The notes beneath the pieces were generated by a model, which was not told where the DNA came from, ran no database searches, and worked only from the letters and a program-made list of their open reading frames with translations. The position numbers and the translations under genes are program-made. 64,000 nucleotides of DNA from NCBI GenBank assembly GCA_043228905.1, contig JBHGNT010000004.1:9734001-9798000 (forward strand), read 5' to 3'. How positions within the stretch are numbered: position 1 is the first letter of the stretch; every line of letters starts with the position of its first letter. This DNA comes from Azolla caroliniana (lineage: Eukaryota > Plantae > Polypodiophyta). Below are positions 1-10,341 of the stretch, piece by piece.

Positions 1-26
1 ATGCGGCCCAACAAGCCGTCGAAAGC

Positions 27-2006
27 ATGATCAAGCGAGTCGGGTTTTTCGATGGAGGAAAAGTCCAAAAATTTCTAAACGCCTACAATGCCGAAATGGA
101 TTCAAGAGGAGTGGAGGAAGCAATGAGGCTGGAGTACTTTTGTCAAGTGGTGGCCGAACCAATCTTCGAAGAGATTAAAGAGATGCAAAAAACTCACGAT
201 TCGTGGGTGTCCTTCAAAGAAGCTTTACGAGAGTCATATGGTTACGAAGAGCAAAAGGGACGAGGTCTGCATGAGTTTCACGAATGGGTGTCATCGAGAA
301 AGACCCACCAGAGTGCTATGCATGCATTCGTTGAGTTTGAGTATCGCTTCGCTCAACTCTCGGACCAGGATCGAAGATTGGTGGGGGGGAATAAAGTTCT
401 GATGTTTGTAAAGTCCATCGATCGGAATGAAAGGAAGACCATTGGAATCCAACTCGAGGATGACAATGGTGAAAATGGCCTCACTGAGGATTGGGCCAAA
501 GTGGAAAGGGTATGCCGACAACACGATAAGAAGGAGATGAGACTCTCATCGACAACAACACGACCCACAAGGGATGTTCAAAGGAGAATGGGATGTGGCA
601 ATAAAAACCCACTGAAGGAAGAAAGCTCGAAGAGGGAAGCTTCGAAAGAACTCAACATAGAAGCCTTGATGAGAGAGGCAATAATGAACTTAAAGGCACA
701 AGTCGAGGTTGAAGAGAAGTTGAAAACAAAACCGAGCAAAATGGTGATCGACGAAGAGGAGACCTCCCGACAAATGCAGAATAATGGTGCAGCCAATAGG
801 AAGGCCCAGGTTTGGTATGATAGTACCATGGGAGAAGGTGTGAAACAAGCCACCTTCTCAACTTATGGAGGAACGACGGTCGAGAGAAGGGCCGAAGACT
901 CGAGTGCGGGAAATGCTGCTTTAAGAGTGGACGAGCATTTTAAAACACATGTTGTGTCCGAAATATCGAGTAATGAAGGTGCAAGCATGAGGGAAGCTTG
1001 CGTGATCAAGGGATGTAAAGAGTGCGAGGTCGACGTGATTGAGGCGGCAGCCATGAGAAACGACATCAAGTCGCAGATGGCTAAGGAAGAGTTCACGGCG
1101 GATGACCGTGTCGAGACTTTCCCAACACTTGATCTAGAGACTTGGGTAGTTGCGTCTGAGAGCCAACATGAAACCCAAGAGACGGAAAGTGGTGGGGAAG
1201 AAAATATTGAAGACAATGCGAATAACAACATTGAGCGAAAGATGGCTACGGATGAGAAGACGATGACCGATGGTGTCGAGGTTCTCCCCACATTTCTTCC
1301 TGAGACTTCGGCAGTTGTGCCCGAGTGTCAACGTGAGACCGGAGAGACGGAAGGTGACAGCAAGAAATCGAAGGACCAAAGTGGCAATGAGGACGATGAC
1401 CACAGACGAAGGGATCACTCCAGACCGGTTCCGAAGACTTCGGCAATTGTGCCCGAGAGCGAACATAAGACCGGAGAGATGGAAGGTGGCAACGAGGAGA
1501 TGAGGGTCGAAGCCGGCGCATACAGAAGAAGGGTTGCCAACAAGGAGGCCAAAAACAAAGCTACAATAGAGTTCGATGAAGAGCCAAAGATCAGCAAGAA
1601 AGGAAGAACTAGAATACAATCCGGATGGAAGATGACTCAGTTAGTATTCCGACCCGAACGGAAGCCGACCCGGACAAGAGTTGATCAACCAGGCCCGACG
1701 CAACTGAAAACCGGACGGAAACTAACCCGGACGAAAGTCGATCATCTTAGTCTGATTCGGCCGAATGCGAATTCGAACGGAGGCCGACCAAGCCAGAAGT
1801 TGATTGGTCGAGACCGATCCCGACAAAAGTTGAGCCGGCTTAGACAGAGGTCGAAGCAAACGAGCCCCGACATCCAATCGAGGATGTTGAGCATAAGGAA
1901 AGGCAAGCATGAGACGAGAAAGGATGATAAAGGAAAGTTAAGTGACCAAGGAGATGGCCGAGATGAAGGTGGCACGTGCACGAGGCATGAAGCGTTATGC
2001 TCGTGA
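27..2006 (+). CDS. gag: Gag-like protein with long charged tail, from a Gag-only (non-autonomous) LTR element
   Basis: The N-terminus (FFDGGKVQKFLNAYNAEMDSRGV...SWVSFKEAL...GENGLTEDWAKVERVC) aligns by eye with the Gypsy Gag at 9613 (QFDGRNVTKFLDAYKREMNQRDV...TWSEFEKTI). No PR/RT/IN follows; the PPT and LTR come about 200 bp after the stop. Three internal repeats of the type ETSAVVPECQRETGETEG are present. Confidence 0.8.
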   Translation: MIKRVGFFDGGKVQKFLNAYNAEMDSRGVEEAMRLEYFCQVVAEPIFEEIKEMQKTHDSWVSFKEALRESYGYEEQKGRGLHEFHEWVSSRKTHQSAMHAFVEFEYRFAQLSDQDRRLVGGNKVLMFVKSIDRNERKTIGIQLEDDNGENGLTEDWAKVERVCRQHDKKEMRLSSTTTRPTRDVQRRMGCGNKNPLKEESSKREASKELNIEALMREAIMNLKAQVEVEEKLKTKPSKMVIDEEETSRQMQNNGAANRKAQVWYDSTMGEGVKQATFSTYGGTTVERRAEDSSAGNAALRVDEHFKTHVVSEISSNEGASMREACVIKGCKECEVDVIEAAAMRNDIKSQMAKEEFTADDRVETFPTLDLETWVVASESQHETQETESGGEENIEDNANNNIERKMATDEKTMTDGVEVLPTFLPETSAVVPECQRETGETEGDSKKSKDQSGNEDDDHRRRDHSRPVPKTSAIVPESEHKTGEMEGGNEEMRVEAGAYRRRVANKEAKNKATIEFDEEPKISKKGRTRIQSGWKMTQLVFRPERKPTRTRVDQPGPTQLKTGRKLTRTKVDHLSLIRPNANSNGGRPSQKLIGRDRSRQKLSRLRQRSKQTSPDIQSRMLSIRKGKHETRKDDKGKLSDQGDGRDEGGTCTRHEALCS

Positions 2007-2210
2007 GGAGCACAGGGAGCCATGATAACTAGACATGGCAATAAAAAGGGTGAGCGAATGATATGGTGTATCGGATGGCAATGACAGTTTGAAGTAGACG
2101 ACAAAAAGACGGTGTGGACGAGGCACAAGAAAGGAGGAAATCAAACACCAACCACCTTTGACCTTTCCACATCACTCTTTTCTTCTTGGCACATTTCGGA
2201 GGATGTGCGG

Positions 2211-2225
2211 TTTGGTGGGGGTGGA
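2211..2225 (+). other. Polypurine-tract-like primer site
   Basis: TTTGGTGGGGGTGGA directly before the LTR start TGTCGTGA. The same motif abuts the LTRs at 3905 and 41545 in reverse. Confidence 0.8.
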
Positions 2226-2884
2226 TGTCGTGATGTGGCATGTCTAGTGCGAGAAAAACTCAAAAATTGAGGATCCACACACATTTCACGAATACTTGTA
2301 AAAATGAAAATAAATAAACCTAGGTCACAATGGCATTGAGTGCATGTAGAGGGTTGCAAGTAGGATTTGAAACTTGCACCTCTAAGATAAGAGGCAATTA
2401 CCTTACCACTAAAGCTACTACTAAGTGCTTTAGATGTTCTATATTTCTTTCTCATATTCAGTATTCCGTAGGAAACAAACGAACAAAACCGTGTACACAA
2501 AACCACGGTTTTAAGCCCATGGTTTCCTGCATGTCTCAAAACTGTGTGCATAGAAACCATGGCTCCAAGCCCATGGTTTTGTGCATGGACAAACCTATAA
2601 AACCCCTAGTACGGCTTGTGTAAGGGGGGGGCTCAATATGATATGACCATCATCATCACCATCCATAATATAAGCTTCTATTTCTTCTTCTTCGCATCTA
2701 TCTTGTAATTATTTATCTACTTTTGAAAGTGTACAATCTTCAATCTTCTGAAGTGTAATAGGTCTTCCTCCAATCTTACATTCACATCGCCCTCTTCTCA
2801 ATACCTTGACGGACATCCTCCTTGGTCCAAGACCCCGTTGGTCCCGCTCAAGCGAAGCACGCTCGCACGCGCATCTTCGCGACA
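2226..2884 (+). repeat. LTR type A (3' LTR of the Gag-only element)
   Basis: Termini TGTCGTGA...TCGCGACA; near-identical inverted copy at 9678-10341. Confidence 0.9.
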
Positions 2885-2894
2885 TTTTTGATTA

Positions 2895-3904
2895 TGTCGT
2901 GAAGATCCGTCACTACGCGCAGATCGTGAGGCGGAACCGCCGGGGTTCTAGACCAGAAGGATTTAGAGTCGATACAAGCTTTGGCGAGAAAGTACTTAAG
3001 ATAGATTGGGAAAGAGAGAAGATGAGATTACACGATTGATTTGATAACGAATTTCTTCTTCTTAATTTTCATAAAAGAAACCGTGTTTTTCTCCTCCCCC
3101 TTCCCTCTTTTATAGATGCTCTCATGCATATGATGCATGTGAGGGTACAAGACATGCATAAATTGCATGTTTGCCATTTGGCGCTTAAGTATTACATGTG
3201 GTGCATGCTAACCATGTCACTCATTTTAGCACTCATGGATGAGAATTTATATGTAAAAGTACAATGATAGAAATATAATTTTCAACTAAATAGCATGTCT
3301 TAATGGTAAGCCAATTGACTCCTAACTTGGAGGTGCAAGGTTCAAATCCATACTTGCCCTCCTTGTATATGTAAATATGTATATATATTTATATATTTAT
3401 TTTATCTAGTCGCCGGACGCCGGTTCGCTGGATACCGTCACCGGATACCGGTGCCTCGCCGGATGCCGACGCCGGATGCCGGTGCCGCCGCCGGATTGCG
3501 GTCGGATCACCGGCTCCATCGCTGGTCCGGTTTTGGTTGGCCAAAACCCTTTTCGAGTAGCTAGCTACCTCCACTCTTAGTTCAAGTTACCTTGAACTCT
3601 CTATGCTCCACACATAGACACAAAGATAATATCTTTTGCTCCACCTTATATATGATGAGAGCCGTATTTGTCGTGCCTATGTGGGATATCTCACAATTTT
3701 CTCTTTTCTTTTTACAAACTTTATACCCTCATATCTTGACATTTAGTTATCCATTTCTCATGTAATAAAGTGCATTCGAAACCTCCATCATTTTGTACTT
3801 AGATATTAAAAATGTTATCTTCACAATTATTGTATTACGTGATTCATACTCGATTTCGTACATTTTATGGGATTTTCACACTATTGCCGAAAATCTTCAC
3901 GACA
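2895..3904 (-). repeat. LTR type B (3' LTR of Gypsy element 1)
   Basis: Termini TGTCGTGAAG...CTTCACGACA, adjacent to the PPT at 3905; homologous to the LTRs at 40356 and 47363. Confidence 0.9.
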
Positions 3905-3976
3905 TCCACCCCCACCAAACCGCACGTCCTCCGGTACGTGCCAAGAAGAGAAGAAGTGAGATTTCGGCTACGATGA

Positions 3977-6900
3977 TCAATTAGATTCCTCCATGTCTTC
4001 ATTTTCATCCGGCCTATTATGTTCATCGTCGAGGTAATCGAGGTCAGGATCCTTGTCTTGTCTTTTCTTGAAAAGCTTTACTCTTTTTCCCGCAATGGGT
4101 ACGGCCAACCTTGATCCGTCTAGTTCCGCAAGGTGGTATGTGGCATTATCGTTGGCACTTGTCACCACATATGGCCCGAACCATCTTCTTGCGAACTTCC
4201 TTGTTGTACTATGTTCTTCAATCTTCTTGGGACGAAGTCGATGCGTGTTGTCGAGCCGAACTTTGTTCTTTACTCGGGCTGCCTTCATCATCTTTCGCGC
4301 TTTTTCTAAATCTTCAGGTCTTCTTTCAAGTTGCCTTATCCGCGCCGCTAATAACTCTTCTCGGCTCATCTCGTTCTCCCACGGTATCGCTACCCATGAG
4401 GCGATTGTCCTTTCGATGGGCATAATCGGCTTTTGTCCATACATAAGCTCCGTCGGCATATACCCTGTCACTGAGCTATGTGTCGTTCTATCGGCCCACA
4501 GGGTAATAGTCGTGGCCAATTCCCGACTCGACCGTTGCATGCCCGTACGATGGCTTTAACGATAGGTCCATGCCCTCGCTCGATCTTCCCATTTGCTTCC
4601 GGATTGTAGGCAGTCGTGAGGGAGAGCTTCACGCCTAGTCTTTCGAAGAGCTCCGTCGCTTCGTGCGCGTCCAACTCCCCTCGGTCGGCCACTATCTTCC
4701 CTACACATCCATATCGGCAAACAACATCTTCAAGTAAAAATTTGCAAACGGCTGAAGTCGTCTTATTTGTCAAGGCTCGTCCTTCCACTTGATTTGTCAA
4801 GTCTTCCCTTGCGAGCGCTAAGTACTTCATTTGTCCCACTCCCATTGGCATCGAGACCAGATCCACCATCCATTTGAAGTGAATGGTGAGTGGGTATGTC
4901 GGCTTTAACTCATCACGATGACGTATATTTGAATATATTTGGCAAGTTTCACATGTGGACACGAAATGGAGTACATCTTTGTACATGCTTGGCCACCAGT
5001 ACTTCTCCTTCAATTTTTCGAACATCGCCCATGTTCCTCTATGACCTGCCCAAGCACTCTCGTGGAATTTGGTCATCAGCGTCTCTTGCTCTTCTTTCTT
5101 TACCACCACTCGACGTGGTATTCCTGTCCTTCTTTTTGGATGTCGCTAAAGGAATCCTCCCTTCAAGAAGTATCGATAAGCTTTCTTTCGGATTCGTAGG
5201 GCCTCCTCCTTTGTCAACGAAGCATCTGTCGTCAATGTTCTTAGGAATCTACCGATGAGTAACCACTCTCCTTCGTACTCGTTCTCGTTGAAGGCGTGGA
5301 GGGTTTGCGTGTCCTGGTCTTCCGCCGACAATCGAGCCATCTTGAAGAAGTCGAGGGCGACATCTTCATCTTCCGAAACCATGTTACTTCCATTTGAAAA
5401 TCTTGCCCTCGACAGCATGTCAGCCATGGCGTTCTTCTTCCCTGCGATGTGACGGATCTCTGGGTTTAAAGACTTGATGTAGGCGATCAACCTTAGCATA
5501 GCAAGATCTGGGGTCGCACATCCCGAGACCATTCCGAGAATTGGGAGACAATCTGTCTCTATTATCACTTCTGACCCGATCAGGTAATCTTTGTCCGTCT
5601 TCACTGCCGACACAATACCCCAAAGTTCCTGCTTGACTTGGGCATATCTTTGTTGCCGTTCGCTGAGAACCTTTGCTCCGAACCGGATGGCATATCGCGC
5701 ATTATCTTCACCTTCTTGATTGATGAACCACCGATTCCGGTTGGGCTCGTATCTACGGTCACGTAAATTGGTTTCCCTTTGGCATAATCGGCCTTCCTTA
5801 GTGCCGGAGCTTCAAGAAGCAGTTTCTTTAATCTTCGCATCGCCTCTGTGTGCTCGTCTCGCCATTCGAACTTTATTCTTTTCTTTCGTAGTCCATATAA
5901 CGGTTCGGCGACATGAGCGTAGTGAGGAATCCATATATGATAAAATGCGCACGCTCCAAGGAACCTTCGAACCTCCGTTTGGTTTTCGCATTCTTCTTTC
6001 ATGTCTTCGATTGCGTTCACTTTGGATGGCGAGGGCTTCCGGCCGTATGCTCCACACAAGTGACCTACCACCAAGATCTCTGGTTGCCCGAATGCGGATT
6101 TTTCTCCCGAAAATGTCAAATTCGCATCTTCGAGCCTTTGAAGCACCTTCTCGCAATCTTTCATATGATCCGCAACGAACTTTCTACAACCTTCCTTATC
6201 TTTCGATTCATCTTTCTCCTCATCCGAACATCCTTTTATCGGAATATCATCCAAGAATGGCATCGTGATGTCCGGAATGCAATCCTTCAAGACTTTATTC
6301 ATGGCATTCACCATATGAGCCACCGAGTTCGTTGCGCCTTGGGGTAAGGTACACATCCGCACAAGCCCGATCGGAGTCCTCATGGTTGTAATGTCCCGAC
6401 TGTCGATCGCCAATTGGAATTGGTCATATCCGGAGTAGAGATCACCAATGGAGTAGATGGACCGGCCCGCAAACGCTTCGGCAAATTCGTCCACGCTCGG
6501 ACCGATTCCGGCATTTCGAATTGTCACCTTGTTGACGGGTTGAAGATCTTGGATGAATCGCAATGATCCATTCTTCTTCGGCACCGTGAACCACCTATTG
6601 GAATAAGGAGCATTCGACGGTTCTAGAATTCCCATACTCACCTTCTCCTTTAAGAGCTCGATCAGCTTCGGAAGGTGTGCTCTCGGAACCGGTATCGGTT
6701 TCAAATTCCAAGGCACATGAGGCACCGTGAAGATCACCATTGGCTCTATAACCTTTGGGTCGGCGCATCCGATTTCTTGTGGGAAGAATGCGAAAGCCTT
6801 CCCATGTCTCTCAAGCATATCGTGAAACATTCGCTCCTCTTCAGGGAGAAGGAAATCCTCCTTTCCAACTCGTAGCTTCCCCTTCGTCTCTTTGGTGAAG

Positions 6901-7421
6901 TCATGACCTATCTTCTTCGGATCTCTTAAGCTTGGATCATTAGCGACTTCCTTCATCTTTTGCCAGCTATCTTCCGGTAGCGGAACCGCAACTGGCTTGA
7001 TCTTCTTATCCACCATTTTATATTTCGTGTTGATGTCAGCATCCTTCATCGAGATGCCACGACGGTATTCATCGATGATAGCGTACATGTTGACGGAGTT
7101 AACCGAAATCACGCATTGGTTGTGAAGATAGCTCAAGTCCACGACGTCCTCGATTTCACCGATGGTGTCGTTAAATGAGGCTTCTTCCATAATATGAGTC
7201 ACGAACTCCCCTTCTTCTATTATGTTCTCTTCTTTCAGCATCTTCTCGAATTCTTGTATCCGGTGCTTGTGCTTCTTGTCGGGTAGTACTAGTTTACATG
7301 CGCCACTAGGTGTGACACATGTTGCTTCTCCTTGCAATCCACGCGCTCTTCTTTCTTGTGGGGTCTTGTGATTGCTCGGACTATTTGTGCCCCATGCTTC
7401 AATAGTCCGCTCTAAAAATCC
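3977..7421 (-). pseudogene. pol: pol (RT-RNaseH-integrase), frameshifted
   Basis: RT motifs DLYSGYDQF, LPQGATNS, FLDDIPIK; RNase H VDTSPTGIG, IETDCLP; integrase zinc finger HESAWAGH...CETC, core VDLV/VADRGE/GKIER, GPY motif. Confidence 0.92.
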
Positions 7422-9607
7422 GAGGATTCGCCTCCGAGACTATCTCGATTCCTTTCATGATTGGCTCACACTGTTAGGAATTGGACCGATCTTTGGTTGT
7501 CAAGACTCTTTATTCGTGCGAAGGCTGCTCCATTATCGAACACTTTGGTCTCCATCCGAGATGATGTGATATAAGGTTGCCCTAGGATGACAGGATGCAA
7601 CGCCGATTCTTGTACGAAGAAGTGTTGATCCATCTCCACATCCCCGATCGTGACTTTGACATTGGGACAAGCTCCGTACAAGTCCTCTGTAGACTTTGTT
7701 GCCGCATGAATCTTCCATCCGTGGTTTGTATTGATTGGCCATCTTCCCTTTTTGTAGAAGTCGGTTGACATGAGGTTGATCTCCGAGCCGTGGTCGATCA
7801 AGGCTACGACGGTCTCTTTCTTCTCCCCGATCTTTACCGGCGTCTCCATTGTCGCTCGTGCCCAATGAGGTCGAGTGTAGTGGCTGTCCACCATATCTTC
7901 ATCGATTTCGTCTCTTGCCATTGTTATGGCATTCGTTTTTGCTTTCTGCGGTTTCTCTTCTTCCTCGTCCGATTGTTGTCTCTTTCTCTTTACAAGGTTC
8001 ACGATCGTGTCATGGAACTCCTTCTTCGTAATGCCAAGCAATTCCCTCAAGGACAAAGTTACGTGGCTATCAAGAACTCGTTCTTCGAGAATCTTCTTTA
8101 GGTCCGTCATCTGCTCTATGTCCGACCTTAGCTTATAGGTAGGTATGGTCCTTGTCCTCCGAGCGGGGTCTTCGACACCAACCTTCACGGGCCGAACCGT
8201 TTCTTCAACTCATATGCTCGGCTCCCCTTTTCGGCTTGATTCTCGTTCCTCCGTTTGTAAAGGTCGACTCGTCTCCGCATCGTCCTTCTTTTCCGCGTTC
8301 CTTGTTTCATGTGTTTTTGATGGGCCTTGCTCTTCTATTCTCTTTCTCTTTTCTTCGACGAACACCTCGTGGTTGTCGCACATCACCTCTGCGAGTATGG
8401 TGTTGTCGTCCACCGGATCCGACCACCTGGTTATGGTTTGCACGTTTCGGTCCGCAAGCTCTACCTCGTTCGATGTGACTTTTCCCTTCTTCTCATATTC
8501 GAGAACGGAAGTCCAAAACTTTGCTCCCGCTCTAGCAGCTTCAGTCTTGTCTTTCCCGACTCTTATTCCGGCCGACGCAACATAGTGCATCGCATCCACA
8601 TGAGTCGCATCGGCATCCTCCATAGATTTCTTCATTCCTCCTCTTCCGAAATTCACCCGTAGGGGTCTTCTAGTCTCGCTTGAGCAGATCATGTTGTCCT
8701 CTATGTATACGATATTTTGTCGAATCGCCTCTCGAAGGCTCGCACAATCCCTTCTCATGTGGTCCATGCTATCGCACCACACGCATCTAAAGGGTTCTTT
8801 TCCTTTAGGGCTCCGACGATTCATGTTGGCTACCGTGACCTTCTCGAACTTCTTCGCTAGCTCTTCAATGATGTCATCATCAATCTTCTTTTCTTCCACG
8901 TTACTTTGTCTCAGCGGCTTAGCTACTTTCGGCGGTCTTGCTTTCTCCGTGGTAGTCGGTCCCGTCAAGTCGGTGTCATCAACCCATTGGCGACGCTTGT
9001 CGAGCCTATTGCATGCCCGCTTCACCGCGATCCAGTCCGCTACGAGCCCATTTGCTTAGGTATCATCTTCGAGAAGAGTCCCCAACTCCCGTCTATCCTT
9101 TATGTCCACGGCCTTCAAGAAGTACAAAGTCTTGTCCTCTTCCTATTCTTGGTCCGTATTGGGGAGACGACTAAACATCTGGTCGAATTCGTCGTACACC
9201 CTCAAGACGCTCATCTTCTTATTCTTCTTCTCTATCCACTTCATCAGGGCATGTCGAGTCATCCTCGTTGAGTCTTCAGTCACGAACTCCGCTAGTATCG
9301 TTTTCTCGAACTCGGACCATGTTGTCTTACCTTCTTGAAGCTCGATGACGCGTCTTTGGATGTTGTTGGCGACAACTCTCTTGAAGCTTGCGATTTGACG
9401 TGCCTCGGACACGTCCCTTTGATTCATCTCCCTCTTATATGCATCAAGGAACTTCGTAACGTTCCTTCCATCGAATTGGCCCTCGAGCTCTACGACACGA
9501 TCGACAGCCTTCTCCACGCTCGCGTCGTTGTCCCGAGATCTCATCATTTGCTCGACGATTAGCATCATCCTTTCGAGCTCTCCCGCTTGGTTGCTTGAGG
9601 ACGCCAT
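7412..9607 (-). pseudogene. gag: gag-protease ORF with in-frame stops
   Basis: Zinc knuckle CVWCDSMDHMRRDC; aspartic protease ALIDHGSEIN...VILGQPY. The Gag and PR segments share one frame. Confidence 0.88.
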
Positions 9608-9648
9608 CTCCAAGTATTAATCTCGACTTGATCCTTCCTACCGCCTCG

Positions 9649-9666
9649 TTCACATCGGGTTCACCA
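9649..9666 (-). other. Primer binding site, tRNA-Trp
   Basis: Plus strand TTCACATCGGGTTCACCA matches the recalled plant tRNA-Trp 3' end (TTCACGTCGGGTTCACCA) with one mismatch. Confidence 0.8.
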
Positions 9667-9677
9667 CTTAAAAAAAA

Positions 9678-10341
9678 TGTCGCGAAGATGCGCGTGCGAG
9701 CGTGCTTCGCTTGAGCGGGACCACCGGGGTCTTGGACCAAGGAGGATGTCCGTCAAGGTATTGAGAAGAGGGCGATTGAAGGTGAATGTAAGATTGGAGG
9801 AAGACCTATTACACTTCAGAAGATTGAAGATTGTACACTTTCAAAAGTAGATAAATAATTACAAGATAGATGCGAAGAAGAAGAAATAGAAGCTTATATT
9901 ATTGATGGTGATGATGATGGTCATATCATATTGAGCCCCCCCCTTACACAAGCCGTACTAGGGGTTTTATAGGTTTGTCCATGCACAAAACCATGGGCTT
10001 GGAGCCATGGTTTCTATGCACACAGTTTTGAGACATGCAGGAAACCATGGGCTTAAAACCGTGGTTTTGTGTACACGGTTTTGTTCGTTTGTTTCCTACG
10101 GAATACTGAATATGAGAAAGAAATATAGAACATCTAAAGCACTTAGTAGTAGCTTTAGTGGTAAGGTAATTGCCTCTTATCTTAGAGGTGCAAGGTTCAA
10201 ATCCTACTTGCAACCCTCTACATGCACTCAATGCCATTGTGACCTAGGTTTATTTATTTTCATTTTTACAAGTATTCGTGAAATGTGTGTGGATCCTCAA
10301 TTTTTGATTTTTTCTCGCACTAGACATGCCACATCACGACA
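9678..10341 (-). repeat. LTR type A serving as the 5' LTR of Gypsy element 1
   Basis: Reverse complement of 2226-2884 with a few substitutions and one small indel. Confidence 0.9.

Larger units (their letters stand above)
2895..10341 (-). mobile_element. Ty3/Gypsy non-chromovirus LTR retrotransposon (Phygy-like), full length, decayed, with mismatched LTRs
   Basis: Domain order Gag-PR-RT-RH-IN on the minus strand, tRNA-Trp PBS and PPT. Contains stops and frameshifts. The lineage name is inferred. Confidence 0.9.

Noticed and set aside
2226-10341. DNA transposon with 660-bp TIRs, or a DIRS-like element
   Set aside because: The inverted repeats are LTRs with adjacent PPT and PBS, and the enzyme is a DDE integrase, not a tyrosine recombinase or transposase.
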